DNA of 64,000 nt, from sequence record PX393108.1; one strand, 5' to 3'. The DNA is from a phage. Shown piece by piece: positions 17,861-26,821 of the stretch (the stretch's first letter is position 1; each line of letters starts with the position of its first letter). The position numbers and the translations under genes were made by a program. The notes beneath the pieces are model-generated. The model saw only the letters and a list, made by a program, of their open reading frames with translations, did not search any database and was not told where the DNA came from.

Positions 17861-19677
17861 TGGCTCATCCATTCTTTACGAAGGTCAGCATTATCTCCCA
17901 TGAGCATTTCAAAAAGCTCTTTCCAGTTCTCAGGAAGTTTAACAACATCATATACTGGGTTTTGAATCATCTCACGATATTCAGATTTTTCCAAAGAGCC
18001 AAGTCCCTTAATATAACGGATGCTATGTTTAGGTAGAGCATCTTTAGCACTCTCATATTCAGCGACTGTATAAAACCATTCTTGTTTTTTACCGACCTGA
18101 GCGATGATTACAGGAGTTTTGACAAAGCGAATTCTTCCTTGTTCAAACAGTTCTGGCCAATTACTAAAAAATCCGAGCAGAGAAGGATAAATGCTTCCTA
18201 GACCATCATGGTCAGCATCGGTCATAATAGCAATATTATGATAATTCAAGTTTTCGGCTTTTTCACCAAGAACTAATCCAGTGATTGCGCAAATATCAAA
18301 CAGTTCTTTGTTTTTAAGCATATCAGCATATGACATACCCCAACTGTTGAGAACTTTACCACGTAATGGATAACCACCATGAAGTTCTTTATCACGAACA
18401 TCAATAAGATACCCAATAGCCGAATCACCCTCAGTCAAGAAAAGAGTAGTGTCAGCATCTTTACCACAAAGATTCGCTTTAATATGTTTATGAACCTTAG
18501 CTTTAGAAGCCTTTTTAGCTGCTTTAGTTTCTGCTGCTTTTTCTGCCGCCAATTTACGAGCCAAAGCAGCTTCAATGATTGGCATTAAAATTGCTTCATT
18601 ATTTAAAATAGCACGTGAAATCTTTTTAGCATCAAGCTGAATATGACTACGAATTTCACCAAATGGAGAAGTCAAACGCTCTTTAGTTTGAGAATCAAAT
18701 CGCATGTTTTTCATATCACGGACAAACATAACGATAGTCAAACATTCTTTAACACGTGCTTTAGTTACATCAATTTTGAACTTACGTTTGATTTGTGGAA
18801 TAAGGTCTTCACAAATATCATCCATAACACAGTCAATGTGATGACCACCATTCTTAGTATGAATGTTATTGACGTATGTTAATTGACGAAAACCATCCGG
18901 TGAACGACCAACCGCAATAGAGCAATTTTCCTGTTCTTGAACGATAGCATGCTCATCATATTGGCGTGCATATTTCTTAAAATTACCTTGAACCTTTTTG
19001 CCATTAAAGGTAAATTGAATATCAGGATAAACTACTGCAAGTGTCTGGAGACGATCTAGTGTAATGTCAAGATAAACTTGAGATAGCTCATTAGTTTCAA
19101 ATGACATAAAATCAGGAATGAAAGTAACGCGAGTTCCTTTCCATTTTCCAGGAATAGTTTCCCATGATTTATTTTCCATGCCGTTTGAACAACGAACTAC
19201 AATATTATTTTGACCGTCGCCAGTTTCACCGACAAACATCACAGAAAAAATGTTAGTTAAACTAGAGCCAACACCGTTCATACCGCCAGTGACGCGTTCT
19301 TTGTCATCGCCGAAGTTACCACCTGCTTTTGGAATAGTCCAGGCAGCAACAGGACCAGGAATTTCTTCACCGGTAGGTGTTTTAACCATCGCCTGTGGAA
19401 TACCACGACCGTTATCTTCAACTGTTACTTGATTGTTTTTGATAGTAACATTAATTTTATTCGCGAATTTAAACTTAGTACGAATACCTTCATCTACTGA
19501 GTTATCGATAATTTCATCAATAAGCTTAACAAGACCAGGTACATACTGAACACTTTCCCATTTACCAAACAGAAAGCGCTCATGCATTTCATTAGCAGAA
19601 GAGCCAATATACATGCCGCTACGCTTTTTGATATGTTCAATATCGCTCAGAATTTTAATTTCATTCTTAATCATCAC
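17857..19677 (-). CDS. 39: DNA topoisomerase II large (ATPase) subunit gp39, uninterrupted
   Basis: 606 aa GyrB-like protein; contains in one reading frame what T4 splits into genes 39 and 60. Confidence 0.95.
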   Translation of the reverse strand: MMIKNEIKILSDIEHIKKRSGMYIGSSANEMHERFLFGKWESVQYVPGLVKLIDEIIDNSVDEGIRTKFKFANKINVTIKNNQVTVEDNGRGIPQAMVKTPTGEEIPGPVAAWTIPKAGGNFGDDKERVTGGMNGVGSSLTNIFSVMFVGETGDGQNNIVVRCSNGMENKSWETIPGKWKGTRVTFIPDFMSFETNELSQVYLDITLDRLQTLAVVYPDIQFTFNGKKVQGNFKKYARQYDEHAIVQEQENCSIAVGRSPDGFRQLTYVNNIHTKNGGHHIDCVMDDICEDLIPQIKRKFKIDVTKARVKECLTIVMFVRDMKNMRFDSQTKERLTSPFGEIRSHIQLDAKKISRAILNNEAILMPIIEAALARKLAAEKAAETKAAKKASKAKVHKHIKANLCGKDADTTLFLTEGDSAIGYLIDVRDKELHGGYPLRGKVLNSWGMSYADMLKNKELFDICAITGLVLGEKAENLNYHNIAIMTDADHDGLGSIYPSLLGFFSNWPELFEQGRIRFVKTPVIIAQVGKKQEWFYTVAEYESAKDALPKHSIRYIKGLGSLEKSEYREMIQNPVYDVVKLPENWKELFEMLMGDNADLRKEWMSQ

Positions 19678-19727
19678 TTATCCTCGTTTGGTTTCGGAAA
19701 TATTATACTCCAGTAATCATAAAGCTA

Positions 19728-19745
19728 AAGGCCCGAAGGCCTTTT
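19728..19745 (-). terminator. GGCC-CGAA-GGCC hairpin flanked by A/T runs
   Basis: AAAGGCCCGAAGGCCTTTT immediately 3' of the lipoprotein gene stop; could act bidirectionally. Confidence 0.35.
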
Positions 19746-20004
19746 ATTTAAAGCGGATAGTCGAATCCTTGAAGAATAGACCAGAACATACGGTTCCTTC
19801 TACTTTCTGCCCGGTAGGTCCAATAGCACGAAATCCAGTATGTTGGAAATCATTTTCAGAGCAACCGAACCAATTATATCCAGTGATTTCAATATTAGTA
19901 AAACCACTTGAAGACAAAACTTTGGTTGCATTATCAGCATCAGTACATCCTACTAAAGATACTGCTAATACTAATGCCGCGATAGAACGATTAACATATT
20001 TCAT
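19744..20004 (-). CDS. Putative lipoprotein (about 86 aa)
   Basis: N-terminus MKYVNRSIAALVLAVSLVGC has signal peptide plus lipobox (LVGC); start trimmed to the second Met. Confidence 0.5.
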   Translation of the reverse strand: MKYVNRSIAALVLAVSLVGCTDADNATKVLSSSGFTNIEITGYNWFGCSENDFQHTGFRAIGPTGQKVEGTVCSGLFFKDSTIRFK

Positions 20005-20008
20005 AATT

Positions 20009-20386
20009 TCACTCAAATTTAATGGCTTGAAGGAGACTAATAATTCTCAAGCGACTTCTTTCATCTTTAACTGTAAAAGAAAGAGGGTCACCAGATTTCA
20101 TAGTGATGGTGCATCCAAAATCAAAATCTTCTGTAACTTCTTCGAATAGGTCAAACTCTTCATCATAAATTAGAACATTACTCTGAAAACTGTGAAGAAT
20201 TTTTCCATCATTTCCAGATGCTGTACTAATCATTGTAACATTATGGCCTTTCATATCTTCAACGGTAAATTCGCTTGTAGATATTACGGCATTAATAGAA
20301 CCATTCCTATAAATAGAAGAAAGCAGATATTTCTTTTCTTCACCTTCGCGAACACGATATTTCTTACCAATTTTAAACATAATCAC
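20009..20386 (-). CDS. Hypothetical protein (125 aa)
   Basis: ORF in same-strand array. Confidence 0.6.
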   Translation of the reverse strand: MIMFKIGKKYRVREGEEKKYLLSSIYRNGSINAVISTSEFTVEDMKGHNVTMISTASGNDGKILHSFQSNVLIYDEEFDLFEEVTEDFDFGCTITMKSGDPLSFTVKDERSRLRIISLLQAIKFE

Positions 20387-20559
20387 CCTTTAAGTAAGTC
20401 GTAAAATCCACCATTCACATGCTTAGGAGCAGAAGGCCGACGAGTAGACAAACGATGACATTTAGGGCAAACATCATTTTCTCGTTCAGAAATCTTTTTA
20501 ATTTTTTCATATTCATGCCCGCAATCTTCGGATTGGCATTTATAATCATACATTGGCAT
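20383..20559 (-). CDS. Small zinc-ribbon protein (58 aa), FmdB-like CxxC...CPKC
   Basis: Hand-translated MPMYDYKCQSEDCGHEYEKIKKISERENDVCPKCHRLSTRRPSAPKHVNGGFYDLLKG; below ORF-track cut-off. Confidence 0.45.
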   Translation of the reverse strand: MPMYDYKCQSEDCGHEYEKIKKISERENDVCPKCHRLSTRRPSAPKHVNGGFYDLLKG

Positions 20560-20561
20560 AA

Positions 20562-20855
20562 TTATTCCTTAAAATGTGCTTTCAACATCTGATACAAGGA
20601 CCACGCATGTTCATTATTTTCAATAGTAACTTTCATTACCGGGAATTCTGTGAAATCTTCTATCTGTTCTTGCTCTTCAGAAGCTTGGTATGGATTTTCC
20701 ACTTCATCAAAGAACTCAGCTTCGTTAGTAGAGAGCCAGATAAAGTTTTCGTCAAGGATATCAGCGCCGGCACAACGTTTGAGTACACCTGTGGATGTCA
20801 CAATTTTAGTAGGACGACTGAGATGGTCAACATCTAAAATTTTAAAAGGTTCCAT
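20562..20855 (-). CDS. Hypothetical acidic protein (97 aa)
   Basis: ORF; acidic composition. Confidence 0.55.
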   Translation of the reverse strand: MEPFKILDVDHLSRPTKIVTSTGVLKRCAGADILDENFIWLSTNEAEFFDEVENPYQASEEQEQIEDFTEFPVMKVTIENNEHAWSLYQMLKAHFKE

Positions 20856-20965
20856 ACCTAAACGTCGTGCGTAGATTCCGTTATCAGTATGGTCTTTAAT
20901 AAAAGCTTCTTAAGCTTGTTTATTTTTAAATTGATACCATTTATTAACTTCAAATCTAATAGCCA

Positions 20966-21181
20966 TTAATAAATTTCCTTCCAGTAAGTTGTACCGTCTT
21001 CAGTGATTTCACGGAATACACCATAAATCGGTTGTTTATCACCAACCTTTTCATACACATAAACTGAAGTCAAGTGAGTAAACTTAACGGTATGTTCTTT
21101 TTGAACTACTACCAAATCTGGATCAAATAATACATCTTCAAATTCGTCATTAGTGCAATTCTGAACAATTTTACGTTTCAT
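20966..21181 (-). CDS. Hypothetical protein (71 aa); size and position compatible with T4 cef
   Basis: Positional inference only. Confidence 0.45.
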   Translation of the reverse strand: MKRKIVQNCTNDEFEDVLFDPDLVVVQKEHTVKFTHLTSVYVYEKVGDKQPIYGVFREITEDGTTYWKEIY

Positions 21182-21194
21182 TACAATATCCTCA

Positions 21195-21476
21195 TTAATT
21201 AAACAGTGGAGCGATGCGTTTCAGAAGAGTAGCAGCACCTTTGGCAAATTTTACATCATGAAAAACAGTTTCTTCTTCCGTTACAACACGAACTTTAATG
21301 TTTTCACAATCCCAATTTTTACGAACAATCTTCAAAAGCTGCAGTAAATCTTTACATTCAGCAATATCGATAACACATCCACGAGAATCTTCCATTATCG
21401 CACGATAACCATAAGCCATACCATAATCGTTGAAAGATTGTTCGATGATAATTAAGTTTTCCATTTTATTCTCCAA
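21195..21476 (-). CDS. Hypothetical protein (93 aa)
   Basis: ORF preceded by conserved early leader. Confidence 0.55.
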   Translation of the reverse strand: MENKMENLIIIEQSFNDYGMAYGYRAIMEDSRGCVIDIAECKDLLQLLKIVRKNWDCENIKVRVVTEEETVFHDVKFAKGAATLLKRIAPLFN

Positions 21477-21561
21477 GTTGTTTTCTGTATCAGTAGTTGA
21501 TATTGATATAATACCATAATCAACTACTGATGTATATAGTTTTATGAAAAAAATTTAAACT

Positions 21562-22059
21562 TTATGCACAGCGAGCTTTGCTATAATGTTTAATCCAACT
21601 TTCAGGAATGACTTTGTATGTTCCTAAAAATACCGCGTTGTACAGCTTAACACCATCTTCTACCCACTGATCGGTAATGTACGCGCACATAGCACGAGTA
21701 CGGCGTTTTTGAACAACCCCTTCCTCATCTTCAGTAAATTCGAATTCATAAGGAGCAACGAACTTAATAGCTTGACCGAGTTTCCACTTAAAGTCTACAC
21801 CTACATGTGAAGTATCAATCGTTTCAATTCCTTTAGCAGGAACAGCTTTCAAAAACGCAGACTCAAGAAATTTCGCACGAACATAGCCAAACTGAGGTTT
21901 AGACTTTCCATCTTTAGGAATGATACGCACTTTTACTTCAGAATCTTCATCTTTAACGCCATGTTTAAGCTGAATGCTTACAATTTCGACCAATTTTCCT
22001 GCTGCTTTAGAGCGGGATTTATCAGATACACGAGCTAATTCACCAATATTAATAATCAT
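21562..22059 (-). CDS. MotB-like protein (165 aa), paralogue of the adjacent ORF
   Basis: Size and position match T4 motB (about 162 aa); C-terminal ~60 aa (…ITDQWVEDGVKLYNAVFLGTYKVIPESW…) is shared with the ORF at 22133-22567. Confidence 0.55.
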   Translation of the reverse strand: MIINIGELARVSDKSRSKAAGKLVEIVSIQLKHGVKDEDSEVKVRIIPKDGKSKPQFGYVRAKFLESAFLKAVPAKGIETIDTSHVGVDFKWKLGQAIKFVAPYEFEFTEDEEGVVQKRRTRAMCAYITDQWVEDGVKLYNAVFLGTYKVIPESWIKHYSKARCA

Positions 22060-22094
22060 AGTTATTTCTCACTTGTTAAAAAGATTTTATACTC

Positions 22095-22140
22095 CGCGGG
22101 ACCATTATACTCTGGTCCCAAGAGTTTGTAAACTAGCTTA
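22095..22140 (-). promoter_or_regulatory. T4-type early promoter (-35 GTTTACA, 17 nt, -10 TATAAT)
   Basis: Minus strand GTTTACAAACTCTTGGGACCAGAGTATAAT overlapping the stop of the upstream paralogue. Confidence 0.55.
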
Positions 22141-22567
22141 CACGAACATTAATCACTGCGCTGCGAGGAACGACAGAATACTCTCCAGCATGAACTACAT
22201 TAAGAAGTTCAACGCCATCTTCAATCCACTGGTCAGTTACCCAACCGCCAATCGGATTCGCGAATGGACGACGAATATAAACTGCCTTACACAACAAATC
22301 AGTCGGGTCTTCAGGTTTTTCAATTTCTGTCAATAGATTAAAATCTTCTTCATAGATGATGAATGATGATACCCTTCCATAATAGTTTCTAATTTCCATG
22401 TACACTGTACCAATGAGAATTCCGCTATTAACACTAATAACAGTAAAAGGATATCCGCCAGTTGTACCAAGAAGTTCCCAAAACTTGCTATCAGTCGTAT
22501 TCGACATTGTCTGAAAATCAATTTCAGACGGTTTTTTCATTTGATACGTAGTATTAATTTTAATCAT
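22133..22567 (-). CDS. Hypothetical protein (144 aa), paralogue of the MotB-like ORF
   Basis: Shares C-terminal motif …VTDQWIEDGVELLNVVHAGEYSVVPRS… with 21562-22059. Confidence 0.55.
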   Translation of the reverse strand: MIKINTTYQMKKPSEIDFQTMSNTTDSKFWELLGTTGGYPFTVISVNSGILIGTVYMEIRNYYGRVSSFIIYEEDFNLLTEIEKPEDPTDLLCKAVYIRRPFANPIGGWVTDQWIEDGVELLNVVHAGEYSVVPRSAVINVRVS

Positions 22568-22577
22568 AATTTTCTCT

Positions 22578-23081
22578 TTAGTCTAAGGTAATAAAGCCTT
22601 TTAATTCAGCATGCGATTTGCGGAACATTACTTGGTGCCCGCCAATGATAACTTCATCTTCAGGAACTTCGTATACAGCAAGATAAAATCCTTTAGAAGC
22701 TAATTCTTCACGCTCTTCTCGTGTGAACCATCTCATCATATCATATTCACTAGCGAAAGCAAAATGATAAAGAGCTATAAACCATCCTGGAATATAGTGA
22801 TCTACGCCTACATATTCCTCTTTCTCAAATTTAGTATTAATTGCTATATTAGCATTTTTAACTAATAATTTGTCTTCGCGCGGAAGAGGAATTCTTTTGT
22901 TATCATTACTATGATGTGTAAAATTAGGTCTATCATAACCTACGTGTAATAACCACTCTTCGCTCCATGAATCTATTATACTCCTGTATGGCGTTATTTG
23001 AACACAAAGATTTCGACGTATTGTTATAGCATCTTCACAATTAAGAATACTAAACGATGATTCAACACGATAAATTTTCAT
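22578..23081 (-). CDS. Hypothetical protein (167 aa)
   Basis: ORF downstream of an early promoter. Confidence 0.6.
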   Translation of the reverse strand: MKIYRVESSFSILNCEDAITIRRNLCVQITPYRSIIDSWSEEWLLHVGYDRPNFTHHSNDNKRIPLPREDKLLVKNANIAINTKFEKEEYVGVDHYIPGWFIALYHFAFASEYDMMRWFTREEREELASKGFYLAVYEVPEDEVIIGGHQVMFRKSHAELKGFITLD

Positions 23082-23099
23082 TTTATTATCCTCAGTAGC

Positions 23100-23145
23100 T
23101 ATGGTGTTATAATACCATAACTAACCGAGGAAGTAAACAACTTTT
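23100..23145 (-). promoter_or_regulatory. T4-type early promoter (-35 GTTTACT, -10 TATTAT)
   Basis: Minus strand AAAAAGTTGTTTACTTCCTCGGTTAGTTATGGTATTAT. Confidence 0.55.
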
Positions 23146-23828
23146 TATCGTTTTGTTGGAAGGGATAGAGGATCGCAATCTTCCTCTGACGGAGCATCTT
23201 CAAGACCCATAGCATATCGCAAAGCATACTTCATCATCAGGATGTCTTTCGCACAGTCATGAATAGAATCATGTGCAACGAATCCATCTAAAGTTCCCTT
23301 TGGAAGAGGACATGTGGTCATATCACGAACAAGCAAAAGTGCTTCAATTCTAGTACGAATATCACGTTGATTCCAGAATTTACATGGTTCTAACTTAAAT
23401 GTATCAAGCTCATTCTCAGAAACGCCATTAAGACGTTGAATATCGCGAATGAGATCGACTAAAATTGGAAAATCAAACGACATTCCACGGCACCAGCCTT
23501 GAGATTTCCAAGGATCGATGTTATGTGCATTGATGTAATCATTAAATTTTGCAATACCATCGATAGTGCTTACATCTTCATCTGATGGCGCAATATTTTT
23601 TCGAGCTTCAGGAGACTGATTTTTCCACCATTCGATGGTGCTTTTAGTAAAAAGACGATGTCCTTTTTGGCTTTTTAAATCAAACTTGATTTTAATGCCG
23701 CGTGAAACTAATTCATCAAATGTTTCAACTACTTCTGGATTAGGGTCAAAGGCAATAACAGCTAAGTCAATAACAGCTGCCTTTTCACCGCTTCCCATTG
23801 TTTCAAAATCTATAATAAAATCAAACAT
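23145..23828 (-). CDS. dexA: Exonuclease A DexA
   Basis: 227 aa; DEDD-type 3'-5' exonuclease motifs (FETMG…, H-D); T4 DexA length. Confidence 0.85.
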   Translation of the reverse strand: MFDFIIDFETMGSGEKAAVIDLAVIAFDPNPEVVETFDELVSRGIKIKFDLKSQKGHRLFTKSTIEWWKNQSPEARKNIAPSDEDVSTIDGIAKFNDYINAHNIDPWKSQGWCRGMSFDFPILVDLIRDIQRLNGVSENELDTFKLEPCKFWNQRDIRTRIEALLLVRDMTTCPLPKGTLDGFVAHDSIHDCAKDILMMKYALRYAMGLEDAPSEEDCDPLSLPTKR

Positions 23829-24103
23829 TAAATTTTCCTCGCTAAATCGCGAATTTGACCTACAGTATAATCTTGGATATAAACTTTATTAATGGGCTCA
23901 TCAATAAATTTTGCCATAGATTCAATATCTTTTTGTATCTCTTCAAGACTGTATACTATCTTTAAAGCTTTTTCGCGAATAGTAACATTATCAGGTCCTG
24001 AATTTTCTTGAATGACAGCTTTAACATTTGTCATAAGAGATTTAAACTGTTGCAAACTTAATTCAATCATTAATAACCGCCTTATAAAGATGGCTAATTT
24101 CAC
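23828..24103 (-). CDS. Hypothetical protein (91 aa)
   Basis: ORF. Confidence 0.5.
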   Translation of the reverse strand: MKLAIFIRRLLMIELSLQQFKSLMTNVKAVIQENSGPDNVTIREKALKIVYSLEEIQKDIESMAKFIDEPINKVYIQDYTVGQIRDLARKI

Positions 24104-24323
24104 CTAAAACATAATCACTGATTGTAACAGTTTTCACTTCACCGCAAAAGAATTCTAACGCAATCAAATCTCGTTCAATTTCTTCCAATTGAAGCATTAA
24201 CTTGCCTGATTCAATTTTCACGTTTTTGCGATTTTTACTATAAGCTATTTCATAAATTTCGCTCACTTTATCTTGGAGCAGATAAAACTGGTCTTTGGTT
24301 ATTTCCACGAATAGCTTCCTCAA
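24063..24323 (-). CDS. Hypothetical protein (86 aa)
   Basis: ORF. Confidence 0.5.
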   Translation of the reverse strand: MRKLFVEITKDQFYLLQDKVSEIYEIAYSKNRKNVKIESGKLMLQLEEIERDLIALEFFCGEVKTVTISDYVLGEISHLYKAVIND

Positions 24324-24329
24324 ATTTAA

Positions 24330-25649
24330 TCATACATAAAACACATCATAACGACCACGTGTTACACCAACATAAAGAAGCTGCTGAGCCAATTCAGCGT
24401 CTGCATAATGAATACAAGGCGTATAGATGAAAGCACGGTCTACAGACATACCCTGTGCTTTATGGAATGTTGATGCAGGAAGTGCTTTCACTTTACTAAA
24501 CTGTGATTTAGCATCCCAAAAATCACTCCACGGAGCTTTTCCACCTTTATTCCAATTTTTATAAGTTTCTGCCGTTTTACCTAAAAATAAGTTAAACTTA
24601 TACAGCTCTTCATCAGATGAAATTATTTTAATCTTTTCACGATAATATTCATCATCGCCGTAAGTTTCTACTGTTAAATCCCAATGACGAATTAGATATT
24701 CTCCAGAAACACCACGAGCTTTAACAAATGTTGATGTATACTCTGCTTCTATAATACGAACTAATTGTCCGTTATTAAAAATAATTTCTGACACAGGCTT
24801 TCCATCAATTTTATATGTTTTAATTAATGGTTCCTGCATTACAATAATTTCACCGACAATAAAATCTTTATCAGTTTCAAAAATCTTTTTGCGAATAATG
24901 CTGTTTAACTTGTCAACAGATTTATTCGTAAATGCCATTACACGATTTTCAAACAAATCATCCAGTGATTTTACGATTGAAAAATAATTTACCATAAAAT
25001 CGCGTAAAGCGGTATCACCAGTAAATCCACGTACTCCATGTCCGTCAACAATTTTATCATAAATCCACTTACCATTACGAACATCAGTAGCTACATCAAT
25101 AATAGGAGCATTACTACGTTTAACTTCAGTGAGTTCACACTGATAAAAATCTTTGTGTGTAAAGAATGGACTGATATAAGCAGTGTTTTCTCCTGGGTCA
25201 ACAGGTCTAATTTGCTTATTATCGCCTATTCCAATTATAGTACACCACGGCGGGATAGTTGAAAGCAGAATTTTAAATAGCTTTCTATCATACATTGATA
25301 CTTCATCGCAGATTAATACCCTGCATTTAGCTAAATCCGGTACTTCTTTTTGTTCAAAAAGAACGTTTTCTTCATATGTTACCGGGTTAATTTTGAGAAT
25401 ACTGTGAATAGTACTCGCTTCTTTCCCTGACAGTTTTGAAAGAATCTTTTTAGCTGCATGAGTAGGAGCTGCTAAAATAATGCCAGTTTCGCCCGTAGAT
25501 ATTAAGGCTTCAATGATGAACTTGGTAAGAGTAGTCTTACCAGTACCAGCAGGTCCATTAATAGTTACATGATGTTTCTTTTCTTTAATAGCCCTCATAA
25601 CGATGTTAAAGGCATTTTTCTGGCCTTCGGTCAAATCATCAAATGTCAT
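24330..25649 (-). CDS. dda: DNA helicase Dda (SF1B)
   Basis: 439 aa; Walker A GPAGTGKTT; matches T4 Dda. Confidence 0.95.
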   Translation of the reverse strand: MTFDDLTEGQKNAFNIVMRAIKEKKHHVTINGPAGTGKTTLTKFIIEALISTGETGIILAAPTHAAKKILSKLSGKEASTIHSILKINPVTYEENVLFEQKEVPDLAKCRVLICDEVSMYDRKLFKILLSTIPPWCTIIGIGDNKQIRPVDPGENTAYISPFFTHKDFYQCELTEVKRSNAPIIDVATDVRNGKWIYDKIVDGHGVRGFTGDTALRDFMVNYFSIVKSLDDLFENRVMAFTNKSVDKLNSIIRKKIFETDKDFIVGEIIVMQEPLIKTYKIDGKPVSEIIFNNGQLVRIIEAEYTSTFVKARGVSGEYLIRHWDLTVETYGDDEYYREKIKIISSDEELYKFNLFLGKTAETYKNWNKGGKAPWSDFWDAKSQFSKVKALPASTFHKAQGMSVDRAFIYTPCIHYADAELAQQLLYVGVTRGRYDVFYV

Positions 25650-25957
25650 CGTAAATTCCCTGCAATTGGTATACTAACAATACGCCCAGTATCTAAAATT
25701 CGCCGATATAATCTTTGTGTGTCTACATCAGGCTTAACATGTTTAACTTCTATTTTATTAAACCAAAACTTGCGTGGAGTCTCAACTAATCTCGGAATTC
25801 CCATACCTAAAGCTAGTCGATACTGCTCTTTAAGAGTTGTAAAAACTTTATCGGCAATCTCCCTTTCAAAAAATACAGCAGGACGATGTTCATCAAGAGG
25901 AACAGGCACCGCAAATCCATCTTTATCTCTATACACTATCGCATATACATAAAACAT
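25646..25957 (-). CDS. Hypothetical protein (103 aa), dda.1-like position
   Basis: ORF with 4-nt overlap to dda. Confidence 0.6.
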   Translation of the reverse strand: MFYVYAIVYRDKDGFAVPVPLDEHRPAVFFEREIADKVFTTLKEQYRLALGMGIPRLVETPRKFWFNKIEVKHVKPDVDTQRLYRRILDTGRIVSIPIAGNLR

Positions 25958-25958
25958 A

Positions 25959-26705
25959 TTATCCTCGGATAAGTTTAAAAATTGAACAATTTAGCGGGTA
26001 TCCTCTTTTCAGTTTAAGTTTATCAATAAAAGACAAGTTTTGATACCGCTCTACACCTTGAATAATTTTATCACACATATCATATTGCATTTCTGCTTCT
26101 GACAACTTTTTCACAGTTTTCCAATCAGAGCCTTTAAGAAGAACGTTCAATTTAACAACTTCAGCGCCTTCTGCTATACGAGAACCATCAATACGAGCTT
26201 TGAGTGCTATAATCGTTAGCTTAACGTCAGAAGTTTGTTTTGATTTAGAAAGCTGAGAAATGTGCTCAATTCGGTTTTCACGTTTTTTCTGTATAGCTTT
26301 AATTTGATTATAAGTCTTTTTGATTTTAGCCCATTTCTTTTCATCTAAATTTAGTTTATGAACTTTTTTCGCAGATGAACGACCAATTCGCAAAGCAAAT
26401 AAATCACGCTTTTCAATCAACTCTTCTAAAGTATAATCAGAACGAAATGTATTGTACTTTTTCTTTACTGCAATAACATTCCCTTTAATGTATCCAACGT
26501 TATTATCAAAACGTTCTAATGATAATTTCTCTCCTTCAATACGATTATCAAAAGGTTCTCCTGAGTAAGCGCAAACTTTCTGATCTAAAATGTTCTTAAT
26601 GTAATTGAAGTCTAAGTTAAAATCTTTAGAACGTCTTTTAGCTGATGCCTGAGTATGCTCTAGACGACGTGTAATTTTACGAATTTGATTTTTAGACAGT
26701 TTCAT
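25959..26705 (-). CDS. Srd-like early protein (248 aa) with a degenerate HNH-like motif
   Basis: Size and position between dda and modA match T4 srd; segment CAYSGEPF…ERFDNNVGYIKGNVIAVKKKYN resembles an HNH core lacking the catalytic His. Confidence 0.5.
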   Translation of the reverse strand: MKLSKNQIRKITRRLEHTQASAKRRSKDFNLDFNYIKNILDQKVCAYSGEPFDNRIEGEKLSLERFDNNVGYIKGNVIAVKKKYNTFRSDYTLEELIEKRDLFALRIGRSSAKKVHKLNLDEKKWAKIKKTYNQIKAIQKKRENRIEHISQLSKSKQTSDVKLTIIALKARIDGSRIAEGAEVVKLNVLLKGSDWKTVKKLSEAEMQYDMCDKIIQGVERYQNLSFIDKLKLKRGYPLNCSIFKLIRG

Positions 26706-26714
26706 ATTTTTCTC

Positions 26715-26765
26715 ACGGACGGGTTAACTACTTATACTATAACATTTTTACTTCAGCTTGTAAAC
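26715..26765 (-). promoter_or_regulatory. T4-type early promoter (-35 GTTTACA, 17 nt, -10 TATAGT)
   Basis: Minus strand GTTTACAAGCTGAAGTAAAAATGTTATAGT. Confidence 0.55.
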
Positions 26766-26821
26766 AACTTTATGAAAAATGCTTTAAAACTTTCATGGTA
26801 TAATGAATCTAAGTCCTTCCA

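Noticed and set aside
19613-20149. 178-aa plus-strand ORF overlapping gene 39 and two downstream genes
   Set aside because: Crosses several minus-strand genes and a hairpin; no independent support
21481-21560. Early promoter call upstream of the 93-aa ORF at 21195-21476
   Set aside because: The conserved leader and a -10-like TATTAT are present, but the -35 position holds an inverted copy of the leader (ATCAGTAGTTGAT…ATCAACTACTGAT hairpin) instead of GTTTAC; left uncalled as a promoter, though it may be a regulated or hairpin-controlled variant
25569-25952. 127-aa plus-strand ORF antisense to dda/dda.1
   Set aside because: Antisense artefact within a densely packed minus-strand operon
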